Sequence record: PP400779
Direction: 5' to 3' (one strand)
DNA: 64,000 nt
From: Escherichia phage JM17
In this document: positions 38,189 to 49,702 of the stretch, one piece after another
Position numbering within the stretch: the first letter of the stretch is position 1
Layout of the letters: each line of letters begins with the position of its first letter
Program-made: the position numbers and the translations under genes
The notes under the pieces: generated by a model
Told to the model about the DNA's origin: nothing
The model's database searches: none
Seen by the model: the letters and a program-made list of their open reading frames with translations, nothing else

Positions 38189-38899
38189 ATGGATTATTCT
38201 AAAATTTACAATAACCTTATTTCTAAAGCTAAGAACAGAAAATTAGATTGCTATACCGAATCACACCATATTATACCTCTGTGTATTGGTGGTTCTGATA
38301 CAAAGGAAAACCTGGTAGATTTGACACCAGAAGAGCATTACATAGCTCATCAATTATTAGTAAAGATATATCCAGATAATCATAAATTGATATTTGCCGC
38401 TAATATGATGTGTGTTTATTCTGAAGATAATATTGAACGAAAGAACACCAATAAACGCCATGGGTGGCTTAGAAGAAAATTGGCTATTTCTGTATCTGAA
38501 AATAATAAAGGCAAACCAGCTTGGAACAAAGGTATTCCTATGTCTCCAGAAGTTAAATCTCGACTTCAAACATCTTGGGTGTTTACATTTCCGGATGGTC
38601 ATGAGGAAATTCATCGAGGTCTTAACGAATTTTGTAAAGAGCATAATTTAAATCCATCTGCAATGTCAGCCGTTTGTAAAGGTAAACGGGCGCATCACAA
38701 AGGATTTAAGTGTAAGAAATTGGATAAGATTTCGGAGCTTGATAATTTAGTTTTCGTCAGTAAACCTCATCCAAAGGGATTAAAACCCCATAACTTAATT
38801 GCTGTAAAAATAAACGGTATAGAATATCAATCAATACAACGAGCATCTAAAGCTTTAGGAATTACTAGAAAAAAGGTAGAAGAATTAAATGAATATTGA
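38189..38899 (+). CDS. HNH homing endonuclease (Mob-like) inserted within nrdA
   Basis: 236 aa; HNH motif ESHHIIPLCIGGSDTKENLVDLTPEEH; own ribosome-binding site; its end overlaps the start of the NrdA-b ORF. Confidence 0.85.
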   Translation: MDYSKIYNNLISKAKNRKLDCYTESHHIIPLCIGGSDTKENLVDLTPEEHYIAHQLLVKIYPDNHKLIFAANMMCVYSEDNIERKNTNKRHGWLRRKLAISVSENNKGKPAWNKGIPMSPEVKSRLQTSWVFTFPDGHEEIHRGLNEFCKEHNLNPSAMSAVCKGKRAHHKGFKCKKLDKISELDNLVFVSKPHPKGLKPHNLIAVKINGIEYQSIQRASKALGITRKKVEELNEY

Positions 38900-39878
38900 T
38901 TATGAATTTGTAGATGAATTTTACGAAGATGATGAGTATACTACAATAAAAGTTATTGAAAACAAGGGAGAAGTGGGGCTTTGTACTCTCTCTGCTTTTG
39001 TATTAGATAAATTTGATTGGCAAGACCAAGATAAAATTAATGAACTTGCTGAAGTACAAGTACGTGCACTTGATAACCTGTTAGACTATCAAGATTATCC
39101 GGTTCCAGAAGCTTTAAAAGCCAAAAAGCGTCGTAATCTTGGTGTTGGTGTTACGAACTATGCTGCATGGTTAGCTTCTAACTTCGCTTCATATGAAGAC
39201 GCTAACGATTTGACTCATGAATTGTTTGAGAGATTGCAATATGGCCTTATCAAAGCTTCAATCAAACTCGCCAAAGAAAAAGGATGTTGCGAGTATTATT
39301 CAGACACTAAATGGTCTAGAGGCGAATTACCTATCGACTGGTACAATAAAAAGATTGACCAAATCGCAGCCCCGAACTACGTATGTGATTGGGAAGAACT
39401 TCGAGCTGAACTCAAAGAACATGGAATTCGTAACTCAACGTTGTCTGCACTCATGCCTTGTGAGTCAAGCAGTCAAGTATCAAACTCTACAAACGGGATT
39501 GAACCGCCGCGTGGTCCAGTGAGTATTAAAGAATCTAAAGAAGGCAACTTCCGTCAGGTTGTTCCTAATATAGAACATAACATGGGTCTTTACGACTACG
39601 CGTGGAAACTTGCTAAGAAAGGTAATAAACCTTATTTGACCCAAGTTGCTATCATGTTGAAATGGGTGTGCCAATCTGCTTCTGCTAATACTTACTATGA
39701 CCCTGCAGTATTTGAGAAAGGTAAAGTGCCAATGTCAGTAATGCTTGACGATCTGCTTTACTTCTGGTACTTTGGCGGAAAAAACCTCTACTATCATAAC
39801 ACTCGTGATGGGTCAGGTACAGATGACTATGAATTAGAAACACCTAAAGCTGAAGATTGTTCTGCTTGTAAGCTTTAA
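38889..39878 (+). CDS. nrdA: ribonucleotide reductase alpha subunit, C-terminal fragment (NrdA-b)
   Basis: 329 aa; about 27-aa novel N-terminus, then GEVGLCTLSAFVLDKF... continuing NrdA homology to a C-terminal CxxC tail. Confidence 0.9.
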   Translation: MNIDYEFVDEFYEDDEYTTIKVIENKGEVGLCTLSAFVLDKFDWQDQDKINELAEVQVRALDNLLDYQDYPVPEALKAKKRRNLGVGVTNYAAWLASNFASYEDANDLTHELFERLQYGLIKASIKLAKEKGCCEYYSDTKWSRGELPIDWYNKKIDQIAAPNYVCDWEELRAELKEHGIRNSTLSALMPCESSSQVSNSTNGIEPPRGPVSIKESKEGNFRQVVPNIEHNMGLYDYAWKLAKKGNKPYLTQVAIMLKWVCQSASANTYYDPAVFEKGKVPMSVMLDDLLYFWYFGGKNLYYHNTRDGSGTDDYELETPKAEDCSACKL

Positions 39879-39933
39879 GACTTTTGATTATAATTTACTC
39901 ATGGATGAGTTAATAACTAAGTGAGAAAATATA

Positions 39934-40609
39934 ATGAGTACAGTTTTTAACACACAACAAGTCGATGTTTTGAATGAACCAATGTTCTTTGGTTCTGGTC
40001 TTGGCCTAGCACGTTATGATATTCAGCGACATAAAGTTTTTGAAGAACTTATTGAAAAGCAATTGTCGTTTTTCTGGCGCCCAGAAGAGGTAAACTTGAT
40101 GTTGGACTCTGCGCAGTTCAATAAGCTTCCTCAGTTCCAACAGGACATCTTTACAAACAATCTTAAGTATCAATCATTATTAGATTCTATCCAAGGCAGG
40201 GCCCCATCTGCGGTACTTATGGCACTGATTTCCGACCCTTCATTAGATACGTGGGTTGCAACATGGACATTCAGTGAAACTATTCACTCTCGTTCGTACA
40301 CTCATATTATGCGAAATCTTTATACCGATCCATCCAAAGTATTTGATGAGATTGTATTAGACGAAGCAATCATGAAACGAGCTGAATCAATAGGTAAATA
40401 TTACGATGATGTTCTGGTTAAAACTCGTTATTGGGAAAACGCTAAAGAATTTGTAGAACAAGCTAAAGAATCTCCTGATGCCGACCTTCGTTTAAACCGA
40501 GCTATTAAACAAGAGACCGAAGCTAAACGAGACCTAATGAAATCTCTTTATCTTTGTTTGCATGTCATCAATGCATTGGAAGCTATTCGTTTTTATGTAT
40601 CTTTTGCGT
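39934..40609 (+). CDS. nrdB: ribonucleotide reductase beta subunit, exon 1
   Basis: NrdB N-terminal homology to ...LEAIRFYVSFA; exon boundary inferred (exon ends at a U, followed by a stop in the intron). Confidence 0.88.
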
Positions 40610-41705
40610 AAAATGCGCCTTTAAACGGTAACGTTTATCGAAAACTCCTTTAATTGCTGGAAAGTCCTTTATAGGAAAACTAGCAGCCAAGGTTTTGCTT
40701 GCACCTTTAATTAGTATATTATAAAATAAATATGATTATACTTTTAAGAGGATGCACAATTGAATTATAGAAAAATTTGGATAGATGCTAACGGACCTAT
40801 ACCTAAAGATTCTGATGGAAGAACATACGAAATCCATCATAAAGACGGTAACCGTGAAAATAATGATTTAGATAATTTGATGTGCCTTTCTATACAGGAA
40901 CATTATGATATACATTTAGCTCAAAAAGATTACCAGGCTTGTCATGCTATAAAGCTTAGAATGAAATATTCTCCTGAAGAAATTTCTGAATTAGCTTCTA
41001 AAGCCGCAAAATCTAGAGAAATCCAGATTTTTAATATCCCTGAAGTACGAGCTAAAAATATTGCCTCTATTAAATCTAAGATAGAAAATGGTACATTTCA
41101 TCTTTTAGACGGTGAAATACAGCGTAAATCTAATTTAAATAGAGTTGCATTAGGTATACATAATTTTCAACAAGCTGAGCATATTGCAAAAGTTAAAGAA
41201 CGCAATATTGCAGCTATAAAAGAAGGTACTCATGTATTTTGCGGTGGTAAAATGCAGTCAGAAACTCAATCAAAACGGGTAAATGACGGTTCACATCATT
41301 TCTTGTCAGAAGACCATAAGAAAAGAACATCAGCAAAAACATTAGAAATGGTTAAGAACGGAACCCATCCTGCACAAAAAGAAATCACATGTGATTTCTG
41401 CGGTCACATTGGTAAAGGTCCTGGATTTTATCTAAAACATAATGACAGATGTAAATTAAATCCAAATAGAATTCAATTGAATTGTCCATATTGTGATAAG
41501 AAAGATTTATCACCATCAACATATAAACGATGGCACGGCGACAATTGCAAAGCAAGGTTCAACGACTAGTCTTCGGACGTAGGGTCAAGCGACTCGAAAT
41601 GGGGAGAATCCCTCTGGGATTGTGATATAGTCTGGTCTGCATAGTAATATGTAGCAGTTCATAAGAGAACGGGTTGAGAATTAGCGAGCTCAATCGAACA
41701 TAACG
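40610..41705 (+). mobile_element. nrdB group I intron (about 1.1 kb; boundaries inferred)
   Basis: NrdB homology is interrupted for about 1.1 kb; 3' end ...cgaacataacg parallels the td intron 3' end; contains the I-TevIII ORF. Confidence 0.8.
40760..41569 (+). CDS. intron-encoded homing endonuclease I-TevIII, full length
   Basis: 269 aa; N-terminal HNH-type motif (YEIHHKDGNRENNDLDNL) plus C-terminal Cys-rich zinc-finger region; the track start at 40760 is a TTG codon. Confidence 0.8.
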   Translation: MNYRKIWIDANGPIPKDSDGRTYEIHHKDGNRENNDLDNLMCLSIQEHYDIHLAQKDYQACHAIKLRMKYSPEEISELASKAAKSREIQIFNIPEVRAKNIASIKSKIENGTFHLLDGEIQRKSNLNRVALGIHNFQQAEHIAKVKERNIAAIKEGTHVFCGGKMQSETQSKRVNDGSHHFLSEDHKKRTSAKTLEMVKNGTHPAQKEITCDFCGHIGKGPGFYLKHNDRCKLNPNRIQLNCPYCDKKDLSPSTYKRWHGDNCKARFND

Positions 41706-42208
41706 GTACCTTTAACTTCCATAAGAACATGGAAATTATGGAAGGTAATGCAAAGATTATGAAGTTCATTGCTCGTGACGAACAACTCCATCTCAAGGGT
41801 ACTCAGTACATTATCCGTCAACTTCAATCTGGTACTGATGGCGATGAGTGGGTTCAAATTGCTAAAGAATGTGAACAAGAAGCAGTTGACATTTTTATGG
41901 AAGTAAATCGTCAAGAGAAGGAATGGGCTGCACACCTCTTTAAAGACGGTACATGTCCAGGTATCAATACGCAGAGTATGTGTGCTTTTGTTGATTACTT
42001 GACTGTGTCTCGTATGAAACAGTGTGGTTTGCCATGCCCAATCACTGATGCTCCGACCAAGCATCCGTATCCTTGGATTCGTGAATATCTTAACTCTGAT
42101 TTAGTTCAAGCAGCTCCTCAGGAAGTTGAAATCAGTTCTTATCTTGTTGCACAAATTGATAATGATGTGGACCAAAATGTAATCAATTCATACAAAAAAT
42201 ATTTCTAA
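41706..42208 (+). CDS. nrdB: ribonucleotide reductase beta subunit, exon 2
   Basis: Resumes ...MEGNAKIMKFIARDEQLHLKGTQ... to the NrdB C-terminus; exon 1 plus exon 2 gives about 392 aa. Confidence 0.85.
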
Positions 42209-42212
42209 GGAC

Positions 42213-42234
42213 GGGACTTCGGTCCCACTTTATT
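42213..42234 (+). terminator. UUCG hairpin, possible weak terminator
   Basis: gggacttcggtccc followed by actttatt. Confidence 0.4.
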
Positions 42235-42645
42235 ATGAAAGATATTGCCGCCGAATATTCCTTTATTAAATATATAGAATTGGAGCTATTAGAAGATGCA
42301 ACAATTAAAACAGTTGATGTCCCTAATAAGAAAAATGTCATATACGCTATTGCTATAGATGACGAACTTGTGTATATTGGTAAAACCAAGAATTTAAAGA
42401 AACGCATTAACTATTATCGAACAGCCATAAATCGAAAAGACCAGACTTCAGATTCAAGAAAATCACTTATGATTTTGGATGCCTTAATGCAAGGCAAAAA
42501 GGTTGAATTCTGGGCCCGCCAATGTTTTGACCTTTCAGTCACCAACGAACTTGGTTCAATGACCATCGCAACAATGGACCTTGAAGAACCACTTTTTATC
42601 AAAAAGTTCAACCCGCCTTGGAATATCCAACATAAGAAAAAGTAG
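42235..42645 (+). CDS. denA: endonuclease II (DenA)
   Basis: 136 aa; VIYAIAIDDELVYIGKTKNLKKRINYYRTAINRKD and C-terminal FNPPWNIQHKKK match T4 DenA. Confidence 0.88.
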   Translation: MKDIAAEYSFIKYIELELLEDATIKTVDVPNKKNVIYAIAIDDELVYIGKTKNLKKRINYYRTAINRKDQTSDSRKSLMILDALMQGKKVEFWARQCFDLSVTNELGSMTIATMDLEEPLFIKKFNPPWNIQHKKK

Positions 42646-42674
42646 TTTACATACCACAAGGATTGTGGTACAAT
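42645..42674 (+). promoter_or_regulatory. T4-type early promoter (GTTTAC -35, TACAAT -10)
   Basis: 18-bp spacer containing inverted repeat accacaa / ttgtggt. Confidence 0.5.
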
Positions 42675-42691
42675 TTAAAAAAACTAACTGA

Positions 42692-43825
<1,134 letters not shown>

Positions 43826-43827
43826 CG

Positions 43828-43857
43828 GTTTACAAACACCAAGGATGGTGATACTAT
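43828..43857 (+). promoter_or_regulatory. T4-type early promoter (GTTTAC -35, TACTAT -10)
   Basis: 18-bp spacer; overlaps the upstream ATG at 43845, so the downstream gene probably starts at 43887. Confidence 0.5.
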
Positions 43858-43886
43858 GGGTTTATCAACAACACGAGGAGAAAATT

Positions 43887-44387
43887 ATGAATATGCAATT
43901 GATTACTAACGATATGGTTGTAAACGCTTTTGGAGACACAACTGACGGAATCCGGGTCTTTAAGAAAGGACGTCCAGTTGGTTATCTTACTGACCTACGT
44001 GTTACACTGGCCAAAAATCTTAAAAAGAAAGTAAAACAAAAAGAGTATTCCACCCGATACGCTGAAGAGAAACGCGAAGCGATGCCGGAAGCAGTTAATG
44101 CCATGGTAGAATTTCTTCAAAACAATTTGACTAAATATGACGCTAATGTGTTCATTAATATTAGTCAACCAAACGTACATATCGCAGGTATAAAATTCTA
44201 CATTATTTGCGACCCTCTTACTGACAAATTCAACCGCCTCGGAATTTCAAGTCCGTATCATACAGCAGAAGAGTTGTGTGTATTGTTTGAATCGTACAAA
44301 ATCCAGTGTGATGGTTTGAAAACCGTTCTTATCAATGGATTATCCCGAGATGAAATCATTGAGATTATTAAAACATGCTTAAAGTAA
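43887..44387 (+). CDS. Alc-like protein (166 aa), assigned by position and size
   Basis: ATG at 43887 with ribosome-binding site GAGGAG; located between gene 63 and the spanins, as T4 alc. Confidence 0.45.
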   Translation: MNMQLITNDMVVNAFGDTTDGIRVFKKGRPVGYLTDLRVTLAKNLKKKVKQKEYSTRYAEEKREAMPEAVNAMVEFLQNNLTKYDANVFINISQPNVHIAGIKFYIICDPLTDKFNRLGISSPYHTAEELCVLFESYKIQCDGLKTVLINGLSRDEIIEIIKTCLK

Positions 44388-44731
44388 ATCCGATTTACGC
44401 TATAGTAGCAGCTTTTGCTCTAGTTTCTACGGTAACAATAGTGGTCTTAAACAACAAAGTTGATTCGTTGAATACTGAATTAGCTTCTGTCAAAGAGGCT
44501 GCTAAAAACAATGCTAAAGTATTAGACGACTTCAAGGTTCAATATCAGTCAATCGAAGAAATGACTTATAAGAACCGTGTTTTAGTTGACCAACTTAAGG
44601 CCGAAAATGAAAAGCTCCGTAAGGATTCGAAGAAGAAGAACGTGGTGGCAAGTAAACCAGGATTGGTCGAAAAACAAATCAACAAGTCCTTTGATTCCTT
44701 TGCAGAAGACCTCAGGAAGCTCTCAGAATGA
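44375..44731 (+). CDS. i-spanin (inner-membrane spanin, PseT.3-like)
   Basis: 118 aa; N-terminal membrane helix then a charged coiled-coil region; followed by an overlapping lipoprotein ORF. Confidence 0.6.
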   Translation: MLKVNPIYAIVAAFALVSTVTIVVLNNKVDSLNTELASVKEAAKNNAKVLDDFKVQYQSIEEMTYKNRVLVDQLKAENEKLRKDSKKKNVVASKPGLVEKQINKSFDSFAEDLRKLSE

Positions 44732-45018
44732 TTAAATTAACCGCAGTTGTATTATCTATTGGCATTTTGGCTGGATGTGCCCAGGATGTGCTCTTAAGCC
44801 CTAAAGAAACTTTACATCCGCCATGGCCTGAATCTATTGTTGAATATAACCAGAAATGGCAAGTAAAGGTTATTGATGGTAATCCATGGGTTGGAATGCC
44901 GTTTGAAGACTCTCAAGAATTTCGTATCTGGTTAAACGACGTAAAAAGATATGTACATGACCAGAAGACTATGTTATGTTATTATCGTAGTGGTTTAAAA
45001 GAGGAAAAATGTCAATGA
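44728..45018 (+). CDS. o-spanin (outer-membrane lipoprotein spanin, PseT.2-like)
   Basis: 96 aa; signal peptide with lipobox LAGC; start overlaps the i-spanin stop. Confidence 0.65.
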   Translation: MIKLTAVVLSIGILAGCAQDVLLSPKETLHPPWPESIVEYNQKWQVKVIDGNPWVGMPFEDSQEFRIWLNDVKRYVHDQKTMLCYYRSGLKEEKCQ

Positions 45019-45233
45019 CTAAAGAACAGCATGAATACATTAAAGGGCTTATCTATGAATCTGAAATGGCGGCTATGATTTATGGGCGCCAGATTCAACG
45101 ATTAGAATCTTTGCCTCCGACTAATGACCGCTTATTAGTTCAGTCTCGTGCTAATCTGAAAAATGAATATCAGAACAAGTGGGCAGTTGCGACTAAAGCT
45201 CTTCATGAGTATATTGAATCTTTAGTAAAATAG
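45009..45233 (+). CDS. hypothetical protein (74 aa)
   Basis: ORF overlapping the o-spanin stop. Confidence 0.5.
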   Translation: MSMTKEQHEYIKGLIYESEMAAMIYGRQIQRLESLPPTNDRLLVQSRANLKNEYQNKWAVATKALHEYIESLVK

Positions 45234-45262
45234 TTTACAAACTCTTGGGAGCAGAGTATAAT
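45233..45262 (+). promoter_or_regulatory. T4-type early promoter (GTTTAC -35, TATAAT -10)
   Basis: 18-bp spacer; near-duplicate of the 14598 promoter. Confidence 0.5.
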
Positions 45263-45290
45263 GCTCCTATGGATAATTGAGGAAATCTAA

Positions 45291-45589
45291 ATGAAAACAT
45301 TACTAGAGAATTACATCAAACGGTCTGATGAGTATATTGATATCTGCCGTGGAATGTCACTTGTCAATTATGACAAAGATGCAGCAAAGGCACTAGATGA
45401 AGCAGGTAAAGCTCTTCGTAAAGCTGCTAAAGAAAAAGGGTTGGATTTGCAACAACTCAAAAGTCATATGATTAAATTTATTTCTTCAAACGTTAGAAGT
45501 ACGTCAATTAATAAAAACGTTGCTGAAATTAATAAAGACCGGCGCGAGCATAACATTCGTATTCTTGAAACTTTCTTAGGAATAAAATA

Positions 45590-45590
<1 letters not shown>
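45291..45590 (+). CDS. hypothetical protein (99 aa)
   Basis: ORF downstream of the promoter. Confidence 0.5.
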
Positions 45591-46677
<1,087 letters not shown>

Positions 46678-46848
46678 TGAAATGATTATATGAAGTGATT
46701 GAGGCCATCGAACATCATAAAGAATATTTGTTTGTAGCCTGGCCTTTAGTAAATGGACAGTTCGGTATTGATGTGATGGACTATGAGCGTGAAGAACGTT
46801 TGGACGGCGGTATATTTGATAACGTCGACCAGGCAATTGAATGGTTAA

Positions 46849-47073
46849 ATGAAAACTATGTACGATAAACATCATGAAATCGAAGATGAAGCATACAAAA
46901 TGCTTCGTAAACTAGTGGGACTTAATATGAGTCCTACATTAATCAACAAACTCGCAGGAATTCGTAATGATCTGAATACTCGTTACAAAGGTGAATATCA
47001 TGTAGAGTTTGTTCCTGTAGGTGAACCGACCGAGCGATTTGTTGTTCGAGTTAAAGTAAATACTGTACACTGA
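46849..47073 (+). CDS. hypothetical protein (74 aa)
   Basis: ORF; a small GTG-initiated ORF at about 46695-46868 may precede it. Confidence 0.4.
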   Translation: MKTMYDKHHEIEDEAYKMLRKLVGLNMSPTLINKLAGIRNDLNTRYKGEYHVEFVPVGEPTERFVVRVKVNTVH

Positions 47074-47080
47074 GGTAATT

Positions 47081-47356
47081 ATGTTCCCAACTTATTCTGA
47101 AATTGTAAAGGTAGTCTTCAGTCAGATTATTGCTAATAATATGTTTGAAGTGCTTGATAATGCAGCCGAACTTAGAGTTCATGCTCAACTAACTCATGTA
47201 CTCAATGCTTTGCTCCCAGACCAAGTAGATTCTATTGCTATTACTCTTCTCCCTGGGTCTGCACACGTCATAGTGGTATTTGATCTTGACGGCGATTTAG
47301 TTATCCAATGTGATATCAATTTCGGTACACAAAAAATTGAATGCAAAGCAATTTAA
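47081..47356 (+). CDS. hypothetical protein (91 aa)
   Basis: ORF with ribosome-binding site. Confidence 0.45.
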   Translation: MFPTYSEIVKVVFSQIIANNMFEVLDNAAELRVHAQLTHVLNALLPDQVDSIAITLLPGSAHVIVVFDLDGDLVIQCDINFGTQKIECKAI

Positions 47357-47358
47357 TG

Positions 47359-47388
47359 GTTTACAACATGGTGGAGTTGTGATACTAT
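47359..47388 (+). promoter_or_regulatory. T4-type early promoter (GTTTAC -35, TACTAT -10)
   Basis: 18-bp spacer. Confidence 0.5.
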
Positions 47389-47416
47389 AACTCTACCAAC
47401 AAATGAGGAAATAGAA

Positions 47417-47653
47417 ATGCTAAGTGAAAACCCAATTACAGTACACGAATTTCAGATTAAAGTAAAAGAATTTGCTCAAGCACTCATCAATAAAGTGTCT
47501 GAACGTTTCCAAGATGCAACATTACGAGTTATTCAAGAATCTCCACGTTCTTTTCTCATAATCGTTAATCCTAAAGATGGTGACCAAATTACTAATCTTA
47601 AATTAGGCAGTGATGGTCTTGTTGAAGCAACTCGAGTATATGGAACACTATAA
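47417..47653 (+). CDS. hypothetical protein (78 aa)
   Basis: ORF downstream of the promoter. Confidence 0.45.
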   Translation: MLSENPITVHEFQIKVKEFAQALINKVSERFQDATLRVIQESPRSFLIIVNPKDGDQITNLKLGSDGLVEATRVYGTL

Positions 47654-47773
47654 TGAGAGCTATCTCATTACTATCGAGAATGGTCATAAATCTGAGCACT
47701 ACCAACTTAGCCTGTCTAATCCGGTTAAAGGTATTGTTGAATCAGAATCTGTTTATATCTCCTAAGGATTGTT

Positions 47774-48766
47774 ATGTTACCTGTCGTCGGAAAACTTATT
47801 TCTCCAAAAGAACTGGCTGAGATTATTCCTTTGTCGGAAGCTTACGCATCACAAGTGGCTTCTCATCGCGAACAAGTTAATTCGATTATGAACGGTGAAG
47901 ACCCACGCAAACTTATTGTTGTAGGTCCTTGTTCAATTCATGACCCTATTGCTGCTGTTGAATACGGCAAACGTTTGGCTGAACTTCAAACTCGTCTTCC
48001 TAATGTTCTGTTAGTGATGCGCGTTTATTTTGAAAAGCCTCGAACCACCGTAGGTTGGAAAGGTCTTGTAAATGATCCATATCTTGACGGAAGTTTTGAT
48101 ATGAACCACGGTCTTATAGTTGCACGAACATTGTGTCGTAAACTTCTACGTATGGGACTTCCATTAGCAACTGAAGTATTAGACCCATTCACGATTAAGT
48201 ATCTTTCTGGTATTTTCTCATGGGTTGCTATTGGCGCCCGTACGACTGAAAGCCAGACACATCGTGAAATTGCTTCAGGTCTACCGATGTGCGTAGGCTT
48301 CAAGAACGCAACCAATGGTTCTATTAAAGTAGCTACAGACGCGATGTATAGTGCCGCCTGGCCTCATCGGTATATGGGTATGGACGTCGATGGTACTGTA
48401 GGCATTGTTGAAGCTGAAGGTAATCATAATACGCATATCGTATTGCGTGGCGGGACCAACGGCCCGAACTATCATTCTTCTGATATTCAAGAAGCTTCTA
48501 ACAAAGCAAGGGCAGTAGGTCTGAATCATTATGTAATGGTTGACTGTAGCCATGCAAACGCTGATGGGCATTATAGCAATCAAATTGGTATTGGTAAAAA
48601 TTTAGCAGCTAATGATTTGGTCAAAGGAATTATGATAGAATCATTTCTACATGAAGGAAATCAAAAAATTTCTGATAATATGTCCTATGGCGTTTCCGTT
48701 ACCGATGCGTGCATCAGTTGGGAACAAACTAAAGAGCTGTTAACTTATATTAATAAGGTTCAATAA
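47774..48766 (+). CDS. 3-deoxy-7-phosphoheptulonate (DAHP) synthase, class I (AroG/AroF/AroH-like)
   Basis: 330 aa; VVGPCSIHDP, RVYFEKPRTTVGWKGLVNDP, AIGARTTESQ.HRE.ASGL, DCSHAN and TDACI blocks match E. coli AroG; stop overlaps the cd start. Confidence 0.85.
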   Translation: MLPVVGKLISPKELAEIIPLSEAYASQVASHREQVNSIMNGEDPRKLIVVGPCSIHDPIAAVEYGKRLAELQTRLPNVLLVMRVYFEKPRTTVGWKGLVNDPYLDGSFDMNHGLIVARTLCRKLLRMGLPLATEVLDPFTIKYLSGIFSWVAIGARTTESQTHREIASGLPMCVGFKNATNGSIKVATDAMYSAAWPHRYMGMDVDGTVGIVEAEGNHNTHIVLRGGTNGPNYHSSDIQEASNKARAVGLNHYVMVDCSHANADGHYSNQIGIGKNLAANDLVKGIMIESFLHEGNQKISDNMSYGVSVTDACISWEQTKELLTYINKVQ

Positions 48767-49347
48767 TGAAAGCTAGCACATACCTTCAGATTGCATATCT
48801 GATTTCTCAAGAATCAAAATGTTGTTCATGGAAAGTTGGTGCCGTCATTGAAAAAGATGGACGCATTATCTCTACTGGATATAATGGTTCACCCGCAGGT
48901 GGCGTTAACTGTTGCGAACATGCATCCGAAAATGGTTGGTTGAAGAATAAACCAAGCCCGGTCATCGTTGCTGGGCATAAAGAAGGCACTACGGCATTTG
49001 GACGGGTGGATAATTTTGTTTTGGCTAAAGAACATCGGGCCGCTCATAGTGCATGGTCTGCTAATAACGAAATCCATGCTGAATTGAATGCCATTTTGTT
49101 TGCTGCTCGTAAAGGTAATTCTATTGAAGGTGCTACGTTGTATACGACACTTTCTCCATGTCCTGATTGCACTAAAGCTATTACACAGTCAGGTATTAAA
49201 AAGGTTGTATATGCAGAATTATATGACCGATCTCCTGAAAATTGGGCAGACATTCTTAAACAAGCTGGTATTGAAGTAATTCAGTACTCTCGTAATAATC
49301 TTCGTTCTCTGAATTGGGAACAAATCCGAAACTTTTGTGGTGAATAA
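48766..49347 (+). CDS. cd: dCMP deaminase
   Basis: 193 aa; zinc-binding HAELNAI and PCPDC motifs; matches T4 Cd in size and position. Confidence 0.9.
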   Translation: MKASTYLQIAYLISQESKCCSWKVGAVIEKDGRIISTGYNGSPAGGVNCCEHASENGWLKNKPSPVIVAGHKEGTTAFGRVDNFVLAKEHRAAHSAWSANNEIHAELNAILFAARKGNSIEGATLYTTLSPCPDCTKAITQSGIKKVVYAELYDRSPENWADILKQAGIEVIQYSRNNLRSLNWEQIRNFCGE

Positions 49348-49348
49348 T

Positions 49349-49645
49349 ATGATTTTAACTGAACAAGAAACTATGGTTCTTCGTGAACGTATTAAAACTA
49401 TTCTGTCTGTAGGCGTTCATTGTGTTGTATTTGAAAAGGCTAACGGTGATGTTCGTACGATGTTTGCCTCGCGCGATGAACTTGAAGTCAAATATGAAAA
49501 TAGTAACCCATCAACAGAAGTTCGTTCTGAACCTCGTGAATCAGTTCGAGCATTCGACACCAAGTTAGGCCAGTGGCGTTCTTTCCGCCTTGATAAAGTA
49601 ATTTCGGTTGATGGTACTCCGGTAGAACGTTTGCTTCTTATGTAA
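49349..49645 (+). CDS. hypothetical protein (98 aa)
   Basis: ATG directly after the cd stop; the track ORF uses a GTG at 49337. Confidence 0.45.
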   Translation: MILTEQETMVLRERIKTILSVGVHCVVFEKANGDVRTMFASRDELEVKYENSNPSTEVRSEPRESVRAFDTKLGQWRSFRLDKVISVDGTPVERLLLM

Positions 49646-49702
49646 TATGCTTTACGAATAGTATGGTATTATTAATCTATCGTCAAACAACAAGGAAATA
49701 AG

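Noticed and set aside
38060-38970. nrdA interruption read as a group I intron or an intein
   Set aside because: The upstream fragment ends at a stop and the downstream fragment has its own ATG, which rules out an intein. Only about 200 nt of the interruption is non-coding, short for a group I core. This rests on sequence alone and needs RT-PCR.
47774-48766. DAHP synthase ORF read as KDO8P synthase (KdsA)
   Set aside because: The KPRTTVGWKG and DCSHAN blocks match the AroG-type DAHP synthases rather than KdsA; a residual possibility that should be settled by enzyme assay.
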